This document shows, piece after piece, positions 44,928 through 58,201 of a stretch of DNA of 64,000 nt; position 1 is the first letter of the stretch; each line of letters begins with the position of its first letter. This stretch comes from Neocallimastix sp. 'constans'. Its lineage: Eukaryota. The DNA is taken from positions 248,001 through 312,000 of the forward strand of contig JBODTK010000014.1 of assembly GCA_050613775.1 (NCBI GenBank), given 5' to 3'. The position numbers and the translations under genes were made by a program. Below the pieces are notes generated by a model that worked only from the letters and a program-made list of their open reading frames with translations, was not told where the DNA came from and did no database searches.

Positions 44928-45483
44928 ATATATATATTTTTTTTATGCAATTAAATAAATAAAATATACATATAAATTATTTATTATAGAAAAAAAAATA
45001 ATAATAATTTGAAAAAGTTTATTTCATATTATCTCATTTTATTATATTTTGTATTGTAATTGTTTTATTTTATTTGATTTTGTGTATTATTTCATTTATA
45101 GAGTTTTTTTTTTTTTCTTTTATTTTTTATTTTTTATTTTTTTTTTTTTTTTTTTGTTATAATAAAAAATTAATTTTATTTAAATTATTAATATATATTA
45201 AAAGTAATATTTATAAATTAAAAATAATAAAAAAAAGTATAAATATCTCATAAACAATAAGATATTTTATATCTTTTTTAGAAAAATAAAAAAAAAATAC
45301 ATATATATATATCATATATATCATTATATATCATTAAATTTTTTTTTTTTTTTTTTTACAATCTTATATATCATTAAATCTTTTTATTATATATTCCGTT
45401 ATTTAGTTTCAATAAAAATATTACTAGGAACATTGCATCTTTAATCAATACAATTAGACTATACAGTGTATTAACTCATTTCA

Positions 45484-45520
<37 letters not shown>

Positions 45521-45733
45521 TAAATATAAATAAATAAAATTAATTAATTAATTCTAATTCATAAAAAAAAAATTCTTAATTCCTATTAACCATTATTCCT
45601 GTTTATGAATAATAGATATTCTATGGACAATTGAATCCCTAAAAAATTTTAGATTCATTTCTTATCTAGTGAATATATTATTTTTTTTTTTTTTGTTTGT
45701 TTGTTTTTGTTTGTTTGTTTAGAAATTTAATTA

Positions 45734-45765
<32 letters not shown>

Positions 45766-45829
45766 TTTTTCATAGGAAGTGAATATATGTATAATACTTA
45801 ATATTTCTATTATATTAGTTTTTTCTTTT

Positions 45830-47896
45830 TGTCTTAGTTGGGATACCAATGGATGGAATTTTATGAAAAAAAGTTAATATTGAGTACTCTTCAACACAAT
45901 TTTTAAACCATTATTCCCTATATTTTCAGGAAAACAGGGAATGGTACCAATGATGCTAGAAATATATGTTAAGTAACACTTCTCAAACTACAAATATTTC
46001 CAGAAAAGAATGGATCATGCATTTAGTCAACTCAAGTATGCTGGATAAAATATTAAGTGCTTATTTTTTTTGATTTTCCTTCTGTACCTGATCATACATT
46101 ACTCATAGTTTATTGAAAGAAAACAATCGTAGATGAATTATTTTTGTTAACCGAAAAAGAAAAAATAAAATTGTTAGGTAGAATAGGTATAAATGTCTTG
46201 AACTTTAAGAAAGAAATTTATGATCAAAATAAATTTGACATTCTTATTGAAGAATTGAGAGATGAAGAACTTTCAAGCAGATGGTATAGTTGAAAAAAGT
46301 TCATCATCATTACTAATTCCATTTGTTAAGGATTTATCGATTACATCTCCAACAGAAATCAGAAAAGCGATGTTCAGAATGTCTCCACAAAATTTATTGT
46401 CTTCAAAAGGAAGAATATTTAAAGTATAAACAAATTGAAGGATATAAATATGTTTTAGGCGCCTCCAATGAATTTGCAAAAATTGTTGACTCGTATAATA
46501 GATTATGAGAATCAATTCATTAAAAAAAATGTAATGAATTTAGAAAAAAAAAAAAAAAAAAAAAAAAAAGGAATATTTTTAAATTGGATTAAAATTGAAT
46601 ATTTGTTAGCTCTTAAAAATGATAAGTAGGAAAAGCATGAAAATGGGTAAAAAAAAAAAAAAAAAAAAAAAAATAATAATAATAATAATAATAATAATAG
46701 TAATAATCAATCTTTCACGGTCTCTCATCCTTTTAAAAACAATAATAATGAATTAGTATCTTCTACAGTTGGAAAAAAAATATTAAAAACTTTGCATATT
46801 CTCATTATAAATTCTTTGGGTCGGGTTCTTCAGGTCTTCATTTTTCTTAAAGATTTCTGGAAGGATTTCTGATACCCTTAGTAATTTGGGAGGTCCAAGG
46901 TAACAAGAATGGAAAATTAACCAAGATATTAGTGATGAAGAAATTTTTAGAGAAGCAATCTCATCTGTACCCCTAACTTAACCTTACTTTTTTTTTTTTT
47001 TTTTTTTTTTGGACCTTAAAAAAGCATATGACTCTGTTCTCATACATAATGTATTAATGAAGATTCATCACTTAGGTATTATAGGTTAAGTGCTATAAGT
47101 TTATTAAAAACTTATTCCTATCTTCCAAGGTTTGTAGTAAGGGTTAATGGACTATTATCAGAATCATTTTAGTATTTAAGAAAGGAGTTCGTAAAGGTTG
47201 TCCCCCTCTCACCAATTTTGTTTAACTTATTCATTAATGTCATTTTTAATAAATGTGATAAATATGGAATCTCTATTGGTGATAAATAATGTTGTGAAAA
47301 TCTCTTTTGCAGATGTCATTTGTGTTATGTGCTCCTACAAGATCTCAACCTTAGAAGTTATTAAAATTTGACAGAAGATGAGCTAGAAATAATGAAAATG
47401 CAAATATAGTATCAATAAATGTTCAAGTTTAATAGTACGAGAGGAAGTTTTCAAGATTTCTTAATCATAGTAAATCCTTTTTTTTTTCTATCAAGACAAG
47501 AGTGACCTTAAAGGAATTGCTATACCTACCATGGTATACCGCTTTCAAATGATTTAGAGAATTGAAACCCATCATTCAGAGAATGAAATGAATAATAAAG
47601 TTAGAAAATTAGAAAAAAGCACTTTATTCCATTAAAGGATTTCTTATGAATCCCTCATATTCCTATCGCGTAAAACAGAATGCTTTTTTTTTTTTGCTAT
47701 AGTAATTGGGCAAGTTTCGTATTATGCACCTCAACTTGGATCAAAAAAAAGAAAGAATGAGAAGTACAAAGACACTAGTTAATTCAGGGCGTATATACTG
47801 GTTATAGCTTTTTTTTTACATCTCTTTATTATGTTTCTAATAGAACTTAACATTCCTCCTATTTCTGAAGAAATTTGCAATTGCTCAGGTAAAGTG

Positions 47897-47934
<38 letters not shown>

Positions 47935-48790
47935 AGGAAAAAGTTGAAATACATTATCTCTGATTTACTTAAGAGATATATCTCGTTGTAGACGTCATAC
48001 ATTTCGAGAAACTACTTAAAGCTCAAGTTTTAAGTTTCCTGAATTTAGCATTTGCTTTTCGATGGGTACTTTACTTCGTGCCAGATGTGGATATAAATTT
48101 GAAGATTGTGTTGTCAAAACTACCCATATGATTAAAGACGATTTTAACAGAAACAGTGTTCTTGTTGTCATAGAATAAAAAAAAAAAATAGTAATACTCG
48201 ATTGGAACATTGGTTTTCTAAATGCTATTTTTTCTGTGAATTTCGAATGAATTAGTTTAGGGATATTGAAATTCTTTATGAAATATTTTATATTATTTCT
48301 AAATATTGTCCAATATCTAATAGTAATGTAGACACTGTTATCACAGATATGAATTATGTAGAATCATTACTACAAGTTCTGATAGTAGTAATGAAGTATA
48401 TAATATTAATAGGAGTAACAATAGAAACAATATTGTTAATAATAGTAGAATTAGTGATAAAGAAAATAGGAATATTAATATTAGTGATAGTGAAAATAAT
48501 AGTATCATTACTAATAATGTAGTGAATAGGTCAATTGACAAAAATCGTATTTATATATAAGTAATTTTCTGAATAATGAGTGTGTAAAGCTATATATGAT
48601 GTAGTACCGATTATATAACTTCCTTATTGGTGGGAGAGATGAAGACATTATTGATTTAAAAAAAATTATAAAAAAAGGAATGAGATGTTTTATTTAAGAA
48701 CCAAATCATTTCCGGTGATGATTCAAATACGTCATTTTTGGGGCAATCTGAGGCTCTCATTTACAGAAATTATGCTTGGTGTACTCAAAT
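45830..48790 (+). mobile_element. Decayed LINE, same family as 18100-20260
   Basis: Nucleotide colinearity with 18440-20260. DLKKAYDSV at ~47012, KKGVRKGCP.SPILFNLFIN at ~47180, FAD.I at ~47307 and LLRARCGYK C-terminal region at ~48070. Confidence 0.88.
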
Positions 48791-48917
48791 ATGTTTTATC
48801 TATATTAATATATATATATATATATTTAATTAATTCCAAGTACTTAATCACTTTTTCAATACTTTCATATTATTTCTTTAGTATTGGTTTCTATGAGAGT
48901 CTATACAAACTAAAAGT

Positions 48918-48956
<39 letters not shown>

Positions 48957-49616
48957 CTTATATATGTAAATAAATGAATTAATAAATAGAAAATTATAAT
49001 GGTATCTTAAAAATTCTTATTAAACATTATTCTTTGTTTATGCATAAAAGATATTCTTTGGACATATGAATCCCTAAAAAATCTTAGATTCATTTCTTAC
49101 CTAGTAATTATATTATTATTTTTTTTTTATTTTGTTTAGGTATTTAATTAAATTTAAATTTTTATTTGTTTTTTTCATTAAGAAATAACTATATGTATAA
49201 TACTAATATTTCTATTATATTAGAAGTGGTTAGAATTCACAGAAAATTTGTACTAAAATGTTGTTTAAGTTTGTGGATAGGAAGGGATCAATCAATTTAT
49301 ATTCATTCAATATTTAAAATGGTTCATTTTTTTTTTTTTTTTTTTAATATTTAACAAAATCAAAATCATAAGTTTTAATCAATGAACCTTATCTTTTTTT
49401 TTTTTTTTTTTCTGTATATTTTACAATAAATATTTATGGAAACATCATATTTTATAAAAAGATCTTTTTTTTCTATTCAATTAAAAACTTTAAAAAAAAA
49501 AAAAACTCAATAAAAAACAAAAAAGAAAATAAATAAAATAAAATGAAAAAAGAAAAAAGAAAGAAAATTTTTAATAAATATATGAAGAAATTATTTTTAT
49601 TTCTAGTTTATTAGTA

Positions 49617-49683
<67 letters not shown>

Positions 49684-49885
49684 TATTTTTACTTTTATTT
49701 TTATTTTTATTGTAATTTATTTTATTTTTTTTTTTTTAATAAAAAATAAATATATAAATGAAAACTTTAAATTAAATATATATAGGTTAGAGTATAAGGA
49801 ATTTTAAAACATCTCAAAGTATAATTAACACTTTTAAATTATTTTTATTTAATAATATTATTATATGTTGACTAAACCATTCACG

Positions 49886-49916
<31 letters not shown>

Positions 49917-49924
49917 TTTTATTT

Positions 49925-52000
49925 TTTTCCTTCGTGAAACTACGACAGCGGCATATAATTAGTTATATTGCTAATGCAAATAACTAGTAAGGAAATAAAA
50001 ATAAAAACCAAACTAAAATTTTTTTTTGAAAATAAATTATTTACCTATTATATTATGTTTGTTGTATATTTACACTTTTATTCTCTGTCTATACTTAAAT
50101 TTAACGAAATGCTATGGCTTATTTTATTTATTTCTAATGATCACTTAACATTGTGTGATAACCAAATATAAAATATTGTTGTTATTATTTAATAATTCCT
50201 TCAAATAAAATTGTGTTATTCTGTACTACAACTGTATTACAAATCAATAAATGTTTAATGCTAGTATTATATTAGTTGTAATAATTATATTTACGTTATT
50301 GTATGATAATTTTGTTATGTGATTCTTATTATCTTATGGTTATCATTATATTAGTAACATCATACTATTAATGATGAAGGAGATAAAACATGATCATATT
50401 ATTATATTACTACTACTACTGTGATATGCATATTATATTGCTATTATATAGTATATTCTTACATTAATATTGTTCTTATAATCATAGTATTGTTATATTA
50501 GTATTATATTAGTAATATCATATTACTATTAATATAAGGGTGTATAATAGCAATTAATCCAGTATTTTATGATCTATGATAATATTACGATCTATGATAT
50601 AGCTGATGTTGATATATACAATATATAATGTATAGGTATTGATATATATATATAAAATTTAAACATTTAGGATAGTACAGTACTGGTAGCATGATAGATA
50701 CTAATGCTATGATATATATATATATATATATTAATATTTATCCATAGTATTTATGTCTATAGTATTATACTGTATGGAATGAACTTTTTGAATTAAGTGA
50801 ATACAATGAATAATTCAACATACTGTAGCATCCGATGCACGCCTATTCATTCACAACATTTATAGAGTATCGCGGTTGATCTATGACATTCAATACGACG
50901 TACTGAAGACGTATACATCAATATATAGGATAGAACTAGGTATATCTAAAATACAATCAATGGGTAATGGACACAAGTAGTAAATGATATCGCAGTGAAT
51001 ATATTCTCTAGGGTATTACTATCTACGTAATGATTATCCACTATCTCAATACTATCTCGATCTTGAACTAGCTATACTGGATTGATAAGGCCGAAGATAT
51101 TTCTTGCTGTGACCCATGATATCTTCTTCATCTGTTGTTATCTCCCATCGATGATGTATTATAAGCGCGTATCCATATCTGTCTACGACGATACTTAACG
51201 CTAGAATAAAAATACCGTATGAATATTTTCTTATATGAACTGCTGACTCAGGATATCAACCGTAGCGCAGACAGTACTACGGATCTTTATGATACTGAAT
51301 CGATAAATGCTGTGTTGATATCATTTACACTTCAGCTAATATCGAGCTGAATGTCGGATCGTACTGTGACATACTGATTCGATCAGTAAAGCTATAGTCA
51401 GGATCATCAATAGATAGTATGGTAGCTCATCATAACTAGACTTAGTTAGAGGCATATCACTAATATAACTATCGGTAGATCTATATATCCTGGATATCAG
51501 GATATCCACATGTCTGTCGATGATTACGATCTAAGTATCGTTATATTAGAGAATATCTACCATATAGTAGGGTATAGCTTCTGAATCTATAGCCTGAGCT
51601 TTCTCAATTAAATATCTATTATGCAAAATATATAAGTAAATGATAGTAATATTCAACCACAGCAATATCTATATCCCTTTCGATGGATAACTATGGAATA
51701 GAGATCTAATTGAGTATCTTCATATATATTATTTATATCCAACTTATTATCTAGCATTTTTGTCATCCTTCATATTATGATCTCTATACCATGCTCTATC
51801 ATATCTGCTATACCTATCAGCTCTATATCGATATTGTCGTATCGTACCGCTCATATCATATTATCGTAGTATCATTATAAGTACTAACTGAATGACGTAT
51901 TGGATATTCGATAAATGATTTAGTTAACAATACATGAGTGAACTTAATAAATAGTAGCTGAATGACATCATTGGATGATCATTGCTTAGTTGTTAGATAT
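49925..52000 (+). ncRNA. Candidate large structured non-coding RNA (identity unknown)
   Basis: No credible ORF and a complex, GC-richer composition. Many local hairpins and nested long-range complementary blocks with G-U wobbles on the + strand (see findings). Not matched to any family I can recognise. Confidence 0.45.
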
Positions 52001-52072
52001 TCAAGATATATGAATTCTATAGTCAATAAGTTTTAGATATTCAAGATATATGAATTCTTTATTAAATAAGTT
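51993..52072. repeat. 40-bp tandem duplication
   Basis: TTAGATATTCAAGATATATGAATTCT starts at both 51993 and 52033. Confidence 0.9.
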
Positions 52073-52094
52073 TTAAGTATATAATAATATAATT

Positions 52095-52550
52095 TAATTT
52101 ATTATTTATTATTCAATTATTTATTATTTATTATTTATTATTTATTATTTATTATTTATTATTTATTATTCAATTATTTATTATTTATTATTTATTATTT
52201 ATTATTTATTATTTATTATTTATTATTTATTATTTATTATTTATTTATTATTTATTATTTATTATTTATTATTTATTATTTTATTTATTATTTATTATTT
52301 ATTATTATTATTATTATTATTTATTATTTATTATTATTATTTATTATTTATTATTATTATTATTATTATTTATTATTATTATTATTATTTATTATTTATT
52401 ATTTATTATTTATTGTATATTAATTATTCAATTATTTATTATTTATTATTTATTATTTCATTATTATTATTATTTATTATTTATTATTTAATATTTCATT
52501 ATTTAATGTTTCATTATTAAATATTTATTTATTATTTAATATTTATTATT
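52095..52550. repeat. (TTATTTA)n/(TTA)n satellite
   Basis: Seen directly. Confidence 0.95.
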
Positions 52551-53839
52551 TGTTATTAAATAAAATTTAATTTTATTTATTTGTCATTTGATTAATAGAA
52601 GATAAACAATTTATTTATTTCGCATAATATTAAATAGTATTGTATATAATTTAACAAATATATTAGAATATATATCATTCATATATTAGTAGTAAATATA
52701 ATAAATAGAAAAAGGCAAAACTATCAAAGTTTAATTGTTATTGAATTTTTATAATATTAAAAGCTTTTAATTTTATCCACTATATATATTAAAATAAATT
52801 GTAATATATATATTATCTTTATATTATCAATTAATTAGATAGAATAATTAAATTTTTATTGTATTTTAAAACACTAAAAAAGATTAAATAATGAATGGTA
52901 TCATCAAACAAAAATAAAATCAAAACAAGTATTAATTAAAAATAAATAATAAATAATAAACAATAATAAATAATAATACATAGTATAATAATAAATAATA
53001 ATACATAATAATAGTAATAAAATAATAATAGTAATAAAATAATAATAGTAATAAAATAATAATAGTAATAAAATAATCATTAATAGTAATAATGATTAAA
53101 TCAATAGTAAGGATAAGAATAAGGCATTATATGAGATAAGAATTAATTGGTGGTCATTATTTAAATATAATGTTACAATGTAATTATTACAATATTAAAG
53201 AAATAAAAAATTAAAAACAATAATAATTATTGATATATATACATATATAAATATAAGAATTTGAAAATTTAAATATTATAAATGCCTTAATAAAAGGATT
53301 TATTAGTAATTACAAATATATTTAATAATAATAATATTTTTATTATTTATTATTATTAAATGATACAGATAAAGATATAAATATTCTTTTATATATTTTC
53401 AATTTATTTTTTTATTTTATGATTTTTAAAATTTTAAACTTTTTTTAGGTTAATTTTAACCAAAAATTTTTCTTTTCTGGAACAATGTAGCAATAAAAGT
53501 GGCATTGAAGTAATCAAATTTTAAATTATAGGATAATTAATTTCTATTCCATAAAAACTTTAAATTTTTTTTTTATCCTATTAAAATGAATAGAAACAAT
53601 TAACATTTAAGTATAGAATAAATTTATGAAATAATTAATTAAAGTCATTTGAATATATCACATGAAAATAATTAAATCCATCTAGTAGTTACTTAAGTAA
53701 CGGTGGCTTTAATATTAATAATGTTATTTTAATTATAATTTATTGCACTGTGGCTAATAATTTAAACATTTGTATTAATTTTAGGTAGTTAAATAATATA
53801 AAAAAAAAACTTAATTATGGAATGAGGTAAAGAAAGGAG

Positions 53840-53883
<44 letters not shown>

Positions 53884-56865
53884 GATAAAAAGTTAATCTT
53901 TTTATAATTATTTCAATTACTATTTACTTATATTTATATCTATTCTGAAATAGTTATAGAAATAATCTTTAATAAGTATGAATAGGTTTAAACACTTATT
54001 TAATTTGTTTTATTATTTATAATTTGTAGTTACAATAGTTTTTTCCAAAAAAATTTTTTTCTTAAATCTCTCTTTCTTAATATGTATTAATAATATTTTT
54101 ACAGTTTCTTACATTTAAATACATATTGGAAAGATCTATCTAATACGAAACCCCTTTATTATTATGTTTTTAATTAATGTTGATTTTTTTTTTTTATTGA
54201 AATTTATTAATTATTATTCAGTCTTTATTATTTATAATTTAGTCTTTATTATTTATATTTTAATCTTTATTATTTATAATTTTTATTATAAAAGTATATA
54301 AAAAAATTTCAATTAATTGTTTTGTTTTTTTTTTGTGTTCAAAAATGATTATTGGAAAAATTTAAAAAAAATTTTAAAATTTAAAATTATATATTATCAA
54401 TATATTATTAATAAATTGATAATACATATTATATATTTAATATTATTATACTTTAATATATATAAATAATATATAAGCATTTAAATAAGAAATATATATA
54501 ATATTTAAAATAAAAAAAAGATTTAATTTATTTGATTAAATTTATTAATATATAAATTAAATATTATAAATATAAATATATATTAACTTTATTAATTAAT
54601 TAATTAACTATTCATTCTTCAATATTAATGAATAAAAAATTTATTTATTTATTTATTATTTATTTATTTTATTATTTATTATTTATTTATTTATTTATTA
54701 TTTATTTATTATTTATTTATTTACTGAATAATCCATAGTTTATTCTTTTTATTCTATTTGTTTATTTTAATTTATTTATTTCATATAATTATTTATTTAT
54801 TTAATATTGGCAATAAATTAATTAATTTATTTTAATATGTAAAATCTTCTTTTTTTTTTTTTTTTTTTATTATTTTATTTTATTTTCTTCATTAACACAA
54901 AGAAACCATAAAAGAGAATAGAACAAAAAGAAGAATCAGTGATCCTTGATTTATTAATTTTTTTTTTATTGTTTAAAATAAACAATAGTTAAAAAAGGAA
55001 AATGACTTTTTTATTTCTTTCTTTTTTTTTTTTTTTTTTTTTAACATTTTGAAAACCGTACGTTAAAAAAAAAAAGAAGAGAAAATTATCAAAGTTAACA
55101 TATTAATAAATTAAATCTTTACTTTTTTTTTTTTTTTTTTCATTCATTTTTGTTAAAATATAATAAAAAAAAAAAAATAAAACCTTAGTTAAAAAAAAAC
55201 TTTATTAATAATTAAATATTTAAGTAAATAAAAATTAAAACAATTTTGAATTGAATATTATACCATAAAATAAACTTTTTTTTTTAATTGATTTATTTAT
55301 TTCATATATAAAGATTCTTTAATTTATGAAGTTATAATTATTATAAGGAAAAATTATAAATGTATGTTTTAGCTTTATATTATATAATTTATTTATTTAA
55401 ATATTAATATAGAACTATTTTTTTATATAATAAATTGCTATTATCAAAAAAAAAAAAAAAAAAAAAAATAAAAAAAAAATAATATATACAAATTTATTTT
55501 ATTTTAATATAATATAATATCTAAAAATATTATTTATTTTCTCATATCTAACTCTCCTTTATTTATTTAAAAATATATCTACATCTATCTTTTACATTAT
55601 ATAATTTATTAAAATAAAATAAAATAACAATATTAATAAATAATTGAAACTGTTAACAACAGTAATTAAAAGAAAAAAAGCTTATTGTAAAGGAAAAAAA
55701 AAATAATATATTTATTATTTTTTCAATTTATCAACAAATTACAATAAAAAAAAAAAAGTTAAATAAAAAGAAGCAATAATTAATATTACAAAGAAGACAA
55801 TAATATTTTTATTAAAAAAAAAATTAATAATAAAATATATAAAGTTTCTTAATTTTTGATATCCCTATATATTTTGTTATTATTTTTTTTTTTCTTAATT
55901 TTATTAATTATATACCTTATCAGTTTTCTATTCGAATATTTTTTATCAATAAGTATTATTGTTAAAAAAAATAATACAAAACAAATATTAAGTAGCAAAG
56001 TGTTAAAAAGCAATCATAAAGAAAAAATAGTAATAATTTTTTTTTTTTTTTTAAAAAAAAAGTAATAATAATATCTTATATACCAAGGAATACACTATAA
56101 AGAATTCATCAATATCATTGACATAATTTTTTTTTTTTTTTTCTTTTTTTTTCTTATTTCTTTTTTTTTTTTTTTTTTTTTTTTTTGTGATTTTAAATAT
56201 AAATTCATTTTTTTTAAAAAAAAACAATAAAGCAAAAATAATAATAATAATAATAATAATAATATTGAATAATACAACATATAAAAAGTATAATTTCAAT
56301 TTCAGTATTGAGTAATATTTCAATTATACCAAATAAAATAAAAAATAAAATAAAATAAAATAAAATAAAGTAAAACTAAATAAAAAACAAAAAAAAAAAT
56401 AAAGAAATTTAAAAAAGAAAATATAGTAATAATAATAATTAAATTGAAATAATTTTATTATTATTAAGAAATAAAAAAAAAAATAAAAAACTTTTATTAG
56501 TGTTAGATTATCATTAAAAATTATACTCTTACACTAGTTATTGACAAAATTAATAAAAATAAAATAAAAATAAAAAAAAAAAAAATAAAGACTTTTTGAC
56601 AATTATTAATATATTCATTTTATTTATTTATTAATAGATAGAAGTAAAAATAATAAAAATAAAGAAACAATAATATATATAATAAAAGAAAAAAAAAAAA
56701 TCAAGTAGTATTAATAAAATTAATAAAATAAAAGTCAATATATAATAGAAATAAGACTCAATTTTGGATATAATAATATACTTAATTATTTATTTAAAAA
56801 AATAATAATAATAAAATAATATTTAATTATTCAATTTTTAATACGACAGTATAATAAGATATAAA

Positions 56866-57126
56866 ATGGATTTTTTAACAAAATTATTAAAAATAAAAAA
56901 AACTAAGAAGCCAAAAAAGTTAAAGGAATACTCTATTCAAAAAATTATAGGTAAGTCTAATTTATATATATATATATATGTATATACAATGTTCTATTAA
57001 ATCAATTTTTAAATTTTAAGGAAATAACATTTATTAAAGACCGTAAATTACTAAAAATTTAAATATCATTATATTTAAACCTATTTTACATTTTTATTAT
57101 ATATTTTATCTATTTTTTAATAATAA

Positions 57127-57157
<31 letters not shown>

Positions 57158-57420
57158 AAAGGTATTGGTTCTTATGGAACAGTAAAAGAAGCCATAAGAA
57201 TAAAAGATAATACAAAATGTGCAATAAAAATTATAAAAAAATCAAAAATAAAAAAGAATGAAAATCTTATAAAACGTGAACTCACTATTTTAAATAAAAT
57301 AAATCATCCACACATTATTAAATTATACGAATGGTTTGAAACCCGCTCAAAATATTATCTAGTATTTGAATTGTAAGTTTTATATTTATGTATATATATA
57401 CTTTTTTTTTTAATGAATTC

Positions 57421-57484
<64 letters not shown>

Positions 57485-57547
57485 GGGTGAAAAGATTTAT
57501 ACATAAGGAATAATAATGATTAATAAAAAATAAATAGTTTCATATTT

Positions 57548-57583
<36 letters not shown>

Positions 57584-57747
57584 TATTATTTAATTAAATA
57601 ATCTAAATTTGGTTTTAAAATTCCATCAATATGAATAAAATAATTATTATATAAAGAAAAATTATATATGAATATAATATTAACTTCACAGCTATTTTCA
57701 TTAATGATTTTAGTTATCCATAAAACTATTGAAATATCCCCCAATTT

Positions 57748-57782
<35 letters not shown>

Positions 57783-57851
57783 CAATTATAAATAATTTTA
57801 TAAAATACTTAAAACTAAAGAATTTTCATTGTTGTTTAATTATTATTATTA

Positions 57852-57893
<42 letters not shown>

Positions 57894-58163
57894 TTTAAAT
57901 TTACATAAACTATTAATATTTTTAATGGATAATATAATATAATTAAAAATTACATCAATATCAACACCAATAAAACATTAATAACAACAGAGCCTCTGGT
58001 GGAGAACTTTTTAATAGAATTTGTAGTCAAGGTAAATTTACAGAACGTGATGCCGCCATTATAATATCAACGACGATAGCTTCTGTTGCCTTTTTACATA
58101 GTAAAGGCATTGTACATAGAGTGAGTTTAATTTATTATAGTGATACATAAATATATATATATA

Positions 58164-58201
<38 letters not shown>

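Noticed and set aside
49968..50171. 67-aa ORF in the structured island
   Set aside because: Non-ATG start, low-complexity composition and no recognisable motif.
51240..51405. Group I intron core (AAGCTATAGTC resembles the S element)
   Set aside because: No convincing R, P or Q elements and no host exon; the match is partial only.
51568..51577. TAGGGTATAG as a minus-strand telomerase template
   Set aside because: The repeat is non-canonical, the wobble pattern favours the + strand, and the telomere sequence of the organism is unknown to me.
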